Below are positions 54,891 to 64,000 of a stretch of 64,000 nt of DNA, piece after piece. Every line of letters starts with the position of its first letter. Position 1 is the stretch's first letter. The DNA is taken from positions 270,491,749-270,555,748 of the forward strand of contig NC_085842.1 in NCBI RefSeq assembly GCF_035594765.1, written 5' to 3'. A model generated the notes under the pieces. It saw only the letters and a program-made list of their open reading frames with translations. It ran no database searches and was not told where the DNA came from. The DNA is from Anolis carolinensis (Eukaryota). Both the position numbers and the translations under genes were made by a program.

Positions 54891-56814
54891 AAATTTAAAG
54901 ATTTTCATCATTTTAATGGATTATTTCAGGCTATATTTTTGTTGGCTGAATAACACCTTTGTTTCAGAAGCTAGCCAGCTGTCCTTCATCTTAAAACTTT
55001 GCTGTGAGTGGAAAGCTGCAAGGAGTACAGCACTACACAGTTCTGAAATGCTTGGAATGCAATTTCTGCATGGTTTGAATACCTGGAGCTGTCACCACCA
55101 GGATCTATCTTGACCGGTTTCCTGGCTGCTCTGCCATTCTCCACCCTAAGCATCTGTTTTATAATAATTTCTTGTTCAGGCCGTCTTCCAGTTTCAGGTA
55201 GTAGCAATGCAGCTTGATATCTGTTCCACTTTCCTATTTTTTTCTGGTGAAGAGCCATCGCCCCATTTAATATGGACTAGTGTGTCCTCAGGGACTGCAG
55301 GCAGTACATGATAAGATTGGAGGCACCTTTTCACTCAATAGACCTAGTTAAATGGGATTGGTCTATCTTGCAGACAGGCTCCATTTTTTTCTCTCCAACT
55401 TTTTCTCCACTTCATTTTGGATCCCTCCATCCCTAATAATTTGATAGCAATCACAGTGTGCATTTCCTCAGTATATATTGATTGGTGTTGAATGCCTTGG
55501 AGCATCCTTCAGTTCACAGTAGTTCAAAATGGGGGGTTTAAAATTGATTTAAAATAATTGAAGAGGAATGTTAAATCTTAAAGACACGAAATCTCTTGGG
55601 AAATCAGGATTGAAGCAAGTGGTCTTTCCTATTGAACAAGCACTGGAAAAATTAAGAGAACTGCCTCCCTTATTTCATCATTTCAGTAGCAATTGTTGCA
55701 TTTCCTTTATTCTTTGGGTGGATTTACTGAACTCTTGACATGGGTAAAAGGGTTACAACTTCAAAGAAATGATAGGTGCACAAGAATATCAGATGAGTAA
55801 AAGGGCCAGGGAGGGTGACACACAAAGAAAGCAGCTGATACACATACACTATGCTGTTCAAAATACACATTTTAATTACACCCATGTCAGTATTAACCTC
55901 CTCAAAAGCTTTTTATTACATTTAATTGGTTGACAGGGCAGCAAGTACTAATTATAACTTGCTGTGACTTCTCTTTACAAATTAGGAATGACAGCTCAGT
56001 GAGAAGAAGAGGCATGTATATGTTGTACAAAGAGCTGGTGGGCTCAGGCTTTGTTTCTAGAGGTGTGAATGTGAGATTATAAATGACACATGTTTGGTTT
56101 ATTTCAACATAATAGCCCACAATTACAAGTTGGACAGTGAGTAGCCACTGTTCTAAAGGCACTGGGTGCATGGAGAATGGACTTTGAATTCTGAAGCATG
56201 GACGCTGTTATACTTATATGCTAAAGTTGGGGTGGCCTTCCACTTATTTAATTCTATGTATGTGATATTGATTGCAGTTGTTTAGAATGGTATATTTACC
56301 TACATGGACTGTTTACATCTGTTCTTGTGAACACAGATCTGAGTCCATCAGTCTGCGGATGACAGATATCCAGCTCCAAGATACTGATGAATCTGGAATT
56401 TATTACATTTTAGGATATTATGCCTATTAGTTAAATGATGTCACTATCAAAAACATGGTGCTTAACATAAATTTTCCCATATTGGGATTGTTCCTTTTTT
56501 CTATTCTTTAGTTTGCTTCCCACATTTCTATTTCCATAAGGTCAATAAAGGTAACGAAAAGTTGAAGACTTCGTACATTTAAATTATTCAAAGTAAGTGC
56601 TTTGAAGTAAGTGCCATTGTTGGGAGGCATGGGTGAATTTACTTCTAAACAAGAATATTTAGAATTTTGACCAAGAATGTGGATGGGAAGCATTGGAGCT
56701 TTATTGATATTGATAGTATTGTATTCATACTATATATTGTGTTATGTATTGTAATGCTTTTAATGTTAGCCATTTTGAATCTCCTTATGGAGAGTAAAGC
56801 GGGATACTAATAAA

Positions 56815-56815
<1 letters not shown>

Positions 56816-56857
<42 letters not shown>

Positions 56858-56866
56858 GTTATTATT
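56816..56866. repeat. (ATT)n tail of a LINE 3' end
   Basis: Follows agccattttgaatctcc...agcgggatactaataaa. Confidence 0.9.
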
Positions 56867-57117
56867 TACCATGAATACGCATAGGAAAAGCGTTGTTGTG
56901 GTGGCTGGTCCAGCTGCATATACTATAATGTATATGATGCAGTCTTGCAATCTGTCATTCAGTTACGTATGCAATGATGCCTTCCTCTTATTACAAATCA
57001 TTCTGAAATATTGCATAGTGCAGTCATTATAAATGCAATTTGAAAACTTATATTGCATGCAGAAAGCAAAACTACATCTGCGAGTTTCTCCATAGATCTA
57101 ATGTTCTATGTCTAGAG

Positions 57118-57205
57118 CAGGCCTGGCAAACTTTGGCCCTACGGGCTGTTAGGAATTGTGGGAATTGTCCAGAACACCTGGAGGGCCGAAGTTTGCCCAG
57201 GCCTG
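57118..57205. mobile_element. 88-bp hAT MITE
   Basis: TIR caggcctggcaaactttggccct / agggccgaagtttgcccaggcctg. Perfect 8-bp TSD gtctagag (57110-57117, 57206-57213). Confidence 0.9.
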
Positions 57206-59274
57206 GTCTAGAGGATTAATTAGTTGTTTTTTTCCTGTTTGCAGGAGCATTTGGTCACATGATACCCTTGATGTTTTCTGGAATGGTTCCTACTTTTAGA
57301 TAAGCTATATAAGATGCTATTTTCCATTTTCACCTAAGTTGTTCATTTTTACTTTGAAGAAATACAACCATGGAACCCTGATGTTTTTTCTGTCGAAAAT
57401 CCAACACCAGTCAGAGCTGTGTTTGTGAGCCGCAATAAGCACGCCTTCCGTATCAGGAACCCTGAGGGTGCTTTTCATATATCAAAACCAATGAATTGTA
57501 TTGTACTGGCAAAATAATATGGTGTAGGTAATGGAACACAAAGTATCTTCCAGGTGTAAATACTAAAATATAGTCATGAAATGCTTTTGATAATGTGCCC
57601 CTTATGAGAAGGATTAGCAGAAACATCCAATTTTGGTAGACAAATATTCATCCATCTAACTATTGCAACTGCTCTTGATAATATGCTTGTTAATGTGCAC
57701 GTTGTATGTTAATTGTTATCGATTTAGACAGCTTCTAAGGCACTATAAATTTAATGAGCAATGATTCATCCTAGATTTCATAAAGGAAAAATCAAACCTA
57801 CATTGGTATTTCAAAAAAGAGAAGCTGAATTTGTTTTCCTGCTTTGGCAATGAACTGTCTCTAATACTGTCAGTCATAATCTGTTCAGAGAAATACTGTA
57901 TGTCAGGTGACTTTTGCAGTCAATAATGTACTGTAAAACATCCTATTTTTCTGCAATGATTATCCAAGTGAGTGGTAGTTGTCGCCCACTAGCACAAAAA
58001 TGCTTGTCAGTTTTGACAAGAAAACAAGAGGGAGAACAGGAAACAAACTAGGTGCATTTACAAGAGAAAACAGCTATACTTGTTATGTTCCCCTTTACCT
58101 TGTAATGGCTAGGATTTCATACTGCTTATTATATGCTTTCCGGTTTAATGTCAAACAGTTTTGCAATATCGTGTCTGTTTTTTAAAAAAAAAAAAGTTTG
58201 AAAATGACCTTGCAAATAACTTTTCTTGATTTGCTACTATTTTATTATTGATTTTTGCTATTGCTGTTATTAATACTAACAATACTATTTCATATACCAA
58301 AGCATACTCTTTTGATATGCATTTGTAAAGGAAACTTGGGAAGACCATCCCCTGTATATTTTGTATTGCACAGATACTAAAGTTTGTGTGTTTCAGAGAA
58401 AGAGAGCACACAAATCTTGTCATAGTCATTTATTACATGCTCATCTGCAGTAATGCACAACTGTTCTTGTAATTATGAACTGTAACTTAGCTAGTGTGGT
58501 CCATCAAGATAAGTGTAACATTTTTAGTTTAATGTCTTGTTGAATATTTTTAGTTTATTTTTGATCTACTTTGAAAAATAAAATATTTTAAGTAAACCCA
58601 GATGTGTTTATGTTCAGGAATCTTCACTGGGTCCAGATTCTGCATAGTTGTCAGCATACAGTAGGCCCTCTTATTAGATGAGGTCATTGAACATGTTATA
58701 GCCAAACAGCTTTGAATACCATAGTATTGCGCAATAGGACCTAGTGTTGCCTAGAGAAGTATTCTATGTTCAACTTCCACTGAAACTCTGCCAAAAGTTG
58801 ACCATAGAGCAATCTATGGTAACCAAAGACACAATTCATTTCAGGAAATTAAAATCAGGTTCCAGATTATGCTGCAAAATACTATTGCTCAATGGATCCC
58901 TGAGAAACTGCATACTCTGCATGATTCTAAAGGGTGCCCAAATCTATGGGACTCTTGATGCTGGACTTCAAATTTTGCTGCTATCATTGGGCATACTGCT
59001 TGATACTATTTCGGTTGGAATCCAAGAACAATGGGAAGATCACACATTTCCTAACCTTGGTATAAATCATTTCTACAGTAAAAGTGTCCCAACATTACTA
59101 TTAGCAGATTTGTCTTGCATTCTTTCAACTCCTGTTATGTTGATGTGGTTACATGTTTTTAAACATGTCTTTAAACGTGTCTTTAAACACCCCAACTTTC
59201 TATTGCATCTGGGCAATATACCATGACGATTTTAAAGCTTTGTGCCAGGGCACAAGATAAAATGAACTGATCCA

Positions 59275-59432
59275 GGCTCCATCTCCACTGCCATATAATC
59301 CAGTTTCTGAATCCAGATTATCTGCTTTGAATTGGATTATATGGCACTATAGACTCATATAATCCAGTTCAAAGCAGATAATCTGGATTCAGAAACAGGA
59401 TGATGTAGAAACAGGCAGTGTAGATCTGGCCC
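59275..59432. mobile_element. PIF/Harbinger-like palindromic MITE
   Basis: ggctccatctccactgcc ... ggcagtgtagatctggcc with a long internal inverted repeat. Confidence 0.75.
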
Positions 59433-59721
59433 CAGATAACTGCTTCTTTATAACTTGTTTTCCTCAATATTCTAAGACATTCATTTTACAAGCTGAAAAC
59501 CAATAGAAGAAACTTTCATTATTGTGCTTTTGCAGTCAATAAAGCAGTATTCTCCATATAAACAAGGTAGAATCATGCTGATAAGGAATCAAATTTTGGT
59601 GATATTTTTTGTCAGATGAATGGAGAGAGTACATATTCATATGTTTTATGAGCTTAACTAAATAGTATAAATTACAGTTTAAGAGCATATACATGATTTA
59701 TTTAATATTGAATAGGATTTC

Positions 59722-59722
<1 letters not shown>

Positions 59723-59752
<30 letters not shown>
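59723..59752. repeat. (TG)n microsatellite
   Basis: Direct reading. Confidence 0.95.
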
Positions 59753-59753
<1 letters not shown>

Positions 59754-60195
59754 TATCTCCCTCAACAGAGGTATAGCAAAGATAAGATTGTTTTATCACC
59801 GTTAACTCCTGTTGTAAGGTCATTTTACTTATCTTGTATACATTTGATCTTTGCTTAGAAATGTTGCAGCTATACTACTTTTACTACATTGTGAGCCTTT
59901 GCCTTTCTTGTTTGCAATCTTGTTCTTTGTCCAGAATCCAATGACTAAACACACACATACACACACACACTAACTGATCATTATACCTGCCTCCAGTGTG
60001 TTTTGGCTCACAGAAGCTTATGGTACAATACATCTGTCAGTCTTTAAAGTTTGTTTAACTTTACTGTTTACTGCAATGTGGGTACCCAGCTAGAGCTAAA
60101 TTAAACACTTCAGGGATTATATTACATTCACATTTAATTTTACCTAGCTGCCATTTCATGCAGCTGAGAAAGAGGTTGGACACAAGATGGTGCTG

Positions 60196-60240
60196 TTGAT
60201 GATGATGATGTTGACGATGACGATGATGATGATGATGATT
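60196..60240. repeat. Imperfect (TGA)n
   Basis: Direct reading. Confidence 0.85.
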
Positions 60241-61111
60241 CCTGCCTTTTTCTAAGTTTAAACCAGTTAAAAGCATGAATGATAAAAACAGTAGAACAAA
60301 ATAACATTAAAAAAGTACACTGTACAAGATCATCCTACCTAAACAACACCTTGAACGCCCTATTGAAACAGAAAAGACTTCAAACAAGTAAAGAGAAAAC
60401 CAGTTTTCTCTCTAGGAAAGATGGTGCATGATGTCCTTTGTTCACAACAAGCAAAGGATATAGTCATGCTGTTACAAAAAATGGAATTTGAATGCACACA
60501 ATTTCTGTAATAAATAACCATGGTGATATCTTGATACTTCAAGCCTGAGAACTCATGGATCAATGTTAGGGTGGTCATCATCCTCATCCACCATGACTCT
60601 CAGATTCACAGAACAGGTTTTTCCTTTAGTAAAATGTCTAAGATGGCTTGTTCTTGACACCCAATAAGAAAAAAATAGTGTATGAGATGATGATCATCAT
60701 CATAATAGTAATAATTATTTATTACTGCCTCTCCTCACAGCTCAAGGCAGGGTACAACATGATAAAACAGACCACTACACACACACACAGGTAAAATGCA
60801 GATTAAAACTACCAATAAAATGCAGGTTAAAATTTTCAAGTTAAAATCTTATGGCTAGGCCTGCCGGAAGAGATGGGTTTTCAGCTGTGCCTTAAATTCC
60901 AACAGCTGATTTAGCTATCATTCTGGTAGGTCAACCCACAGTTTTGGGAAAAGGTTATCTGGGTGATGGATGCTAGTCAGGTTCTAGCAGGCTGAAATAG
61001 CCACCCCCACAGAGGACCTAAGTGTGTGGGGCAGATTGTCCCAATATTGAACACACCATTGTGCCGGCCATTGGCTACTGGTTCGGTTGTTGTTGAGATA
61101 TATATATCTCA

Positions 61112-61430
61112 GCTCAGTGTGTTAAAGCGCTGCGCTGCTGAACTTGCAGACTGAAAGATCCCAGCTTCAAATCCGGGGATCGGAGTGAGCGCCCGCTGTT
61201 AGCTCCAGCTTCTGCCAACCTAGCAGTTTGAAAACATGCAAATGTGAGTAGATCAATAGGTACCGCTCAGGTGAGAAGGTAACGGCATTCCATGCAGTCA
61301 TGCTGGCCACATGAACTTGGAGGTGTCTACGGACAACTCCGGCTTTTCAGCTTAGAAATGGAGATGAGCCCCAACCCCCAGAGTCGGACACGACTGGACT
61401 TAACGTCAGAGGAAACCTTTACCTTTACCT
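61112..61430 (+). mobile_element. Sauria SINE (slightly 5'-truncated)
   Basis: Same body; tail gagtcggacacgactggac...acctttacctttacct. Confidence 0.93.
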
Positions 61431-61806
61431 ATATATAAATATATAATCATGTTTATTGAAGTTTGACAAAGAAAAAAAGACTAAAACTGAGGGGAAAGTA
61501 AGGCAGGGTATGGTAGGTAGAGTGTGGTAGATAATGTGGTGGGGTAGAGGAGAGTGGGGTAGGGTGAAAGAAAAAGAAAAATAGTTTGTTGACATCCATT
61601 CCCGTTCATCGGGGTTTCTTAAATTTTTTAATAGTCTTTTCTTTTGTATCTCTTACCTTGTAAATTTTTATGTATTTTATACATAAGTTTTATTTTAATC
61701 AAAATGTATTTTATTTTGTTGTATTTTATTGTATATTACTGGGCTTGGCCCCCATGTAAGCCGCCCTGAGTCACCTTAGGGATATAGGGCGAGATATCAG
61801 AATAAA

Positions 61807-61807
61807 G

Positions 61808-61844
<37 letters not shown>
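61807..61844. repeat. (GTT)n tail
   Basis: Direct reading. Confidence 0.95.
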
Positions 61845-62510
61845 ACTGGAGAAGGTGATCCTATAAGTAACCTGGATCCAAATCGTGTAGGGGCTTTAAA
61901 GGTTAAAACCAACACTTTGTACTTTTCCCGGAAACTGATTGACAAGCAGTGGAGTGACTGTAGTATGGGTGTAATATGCTCACTCCTGGATGTTCTTGTA
62001 ACTAATCTGGCTGCTGTGTTTTAAACTAACTAGAGTTTCAGAACTTGGTACAGAAGTAGTTCAGTGGAAAGTACATTGCAGAAATCTAGCTTTATAGTTA
62101 CCAGCACATGCACTACCATCTTTACATAGAAATCATTAAGTAAGAAAATGCCTTATGAGATGGAAATGGTGACCTAATGAATCCCAGTATATCTCTTTAT
62201 AGGTGAGGGCTGCCCTTTCATGAAATCGCTTGATTCACCATGGTTTGCCCTGCCCTTAACATAACTGCAGAATACAATTCTTAACTCAATTTAAGAGAAC
62301 TGCTCTGTACATACTGTAGGATTTGCAAAGTGAAGAAACTTCTCCAGTAAAACTTCTTCTAAGACTTTTCCAGAGCTTAGAAAATGATAGGTGGCCAAAC
62401 TAAATATGGGATTCTGGGAGTTGTAGTCCAAAAGGCAAATTTCCTGAGCTTTGGCATCAGGAAACCCTCAGGAAAGGTCTAAGAAAGAGCAGGAAATGAC
62501 TGACACAATA

Positions 62511-64000
62511 ATAGAATAATAGAGTTGGAAGAGACCACATGGGTCATCTAGTCCAACCCCCTGCCATGCAAGAAAAGCATAATCAAAGTACCCCTGATAG
62601 ATGGCCATCCAGCCCCTGTTTAAAAGTTTCCAAGGAAGGAACTTCTACCACACTCCGAGTCAGAGAGTTCCACCGCTGAACAGCTCTTACAATCAGGAAG
62701 TTCTTCCTAATGTTCCTGTGGAACCTCCTTTCCTGCAATTTGAACCCATGGCTCCGAGTCCTAGTTTCCAGGGCAGCAGAAAACAAGCCTGCTCCCTCTT
62801 CGATATGACATCCTTTCAAATATTTATGCATGTCCATTGTGTCTCACCTCAACCTTCTCTTCTAAAGGCTAAACAGACCCAGTTCTTTAAGATGCTCCTC
62901 ATAGGGCCTAGTCCCTAGGTGTTTGATCGTTTTAATTGCCCTCCTCTGGACACCCTCCAGCTTGTCAATATCTCTTTTCTGTTGCTCAGAATTGGACATA
63001 GTTTTTCAGGTGAGGTCTAATTAAAGCGGAATACAAAGGCATCATGACTTCCCTCAGTCTAGACACTATACTCCTTTTGATGAAGCCCAACATTCCATTG
63101 GCTTTTTAAGCTGCTACATCACACTCTTGGCGCATGTTCAATTTGTTGTCCATGAAGACTGTTGTCGAGCCAGGCACCACCCATCCTGTATCTTTGCATA
63201 GCCGCCCCGAGTCCCCTTAGGGAGATGGGGTGGGATATAAGAATGAAGTTGTTATTGTACAGGAGAAGGTGATTCTATTTTTTTCTGCTGAAGTGTAGTA
63301 GCTTACATTTTTCCTTGTTGGAATTCATTTTGTTAGTTTTGGTTCAAATCTCTAATCTGTTATGGTTCTTTTGAATTCTGATTCTGTCCTCTGGAGAATT
63401 AGCTGTCCCTCCTAATTTAGTGTCACCTGCAAACTTGAAAAGTATTACCTCTAAATCTTCATCTAAATCATTAATAAAGATGTTGAATAATACTGGGCCC
63501 AGAACCAAACCCTGCAGCACACCACTAGTCACTTCCTTCCAGGAAGATGAACCATTGGTGAGCACCCTTTGGGTTCAGTCGCTTAACGAGTTACAGATTC
63601 ACCTAATAGTAGCATTGCCTAGCCCACATTTGACTAGTTTGTTTGCAAGGAGGTCATGGGGAACCTTTTTGAAAGTTTTACTGAAATCAAGATATGCTAC
63701 ATCCACAGCATTCCCAGCATCTACCAAGCTTGTAACTCTATTGAAAAAAGAGACAAGATTAGTCTGGCATTACCTGTTTTTGAGAAATCAATGTTAATAA
63801 TCACAGTATTCCTTTCTAAGTGATTTAGACTGCCTCGTTAATGATCTGTTCCAGAACCTTTCCTGGTATTGATGTCAGGCTGGCTGGACAATTGTTTGGG
63901 TCCTCTTTCTACCCTTCTTGAAGATAGGGACAACATTCTTCTTCCTCCAGTCTGCTGGGACTTCTCCTGTTCTCCAAGAATTCTCAAAGATTGATTGCCA
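62511..64000 (-). mobile_element. CR1 LINE, decayed RT/ORF2 3' part, continues past the window end
   Basis: WKEVTSGVLQGLVLGPVLFNIFINDLD...KFAGDTKL (RT motifs) and HGFKLQERRFHRNIRKNFL; frameshifted. Confidence 0.95.

Larger units (their letters stand above)
50734..54915 (+). other. EFNA5: Long EFNA5 3'UTR (~4.2 kb); end approximate
   Basis: Follows the stop codon and has no recognisable TEs, unlike the flanks. Ends at AATAAA 54885 with upstream TGTA motifs and T/GT-rich sequence downstream. Mammalian EFNA5 also has a multi-kb 3'UTR. Confidence 0.75.
60715..62120 (-). mobile_element. L2 LINE split at ~61039/61842 by nested insertions
   Basis: ORF remnant YKVLVLTFKA (61736-61945, minus). ggggcagattgt (61039) reads on into actggagaaggtgatcc (61845). 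Confidence 0.7.

Noticed and set aside
58744-59226. Longest ORF (160 aa)
   Set aside because: GTG start, no recognisable domain and no splice support; treated as a chance ORF.

Overview
AT-rich vertebrate genomic DNA, almost certainly a squamate. The repeat set (Sauria SINE, Anolis SINE2-like, CR1, L2, Penelope, hAT/Tigger/Harbinger MITEs) points to Anolis. The window holds the 3' part of one + strand protein-coding gene, EFNA5 (ephrin-A5). It shows the end of intron 1, exon 2 (12887-13179), a ~28 kb intron 2, exon 3 (41181-41249) and the terminal exon with the GPI-signal coding end (50612-50733). A ~4.2 kb 3'UTR ends near AATAAA 54885. Exon 1 is outside the window. The 81-nt alternative exon 4 of other amniotes is not visible; a 164-N assembly gap (41597-41760) lies where it is expected. 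The best novelty candidate sits just downstream of that gap: a frame-preserving 12-nt microexon (41911-41922) with branch point, TGC motifs and two Rbfox sites. An alternative GTAAGT donor there would instead give a GPI-less C-terminus. Both are inferences that need RNA-seq. Most other ORFs in the track are chance ORFs or TE remnants. Other findings concern TE nesting, a locally templated insertion, and inverted MITE pairs flanking exons. No prokaryote-type system is present.
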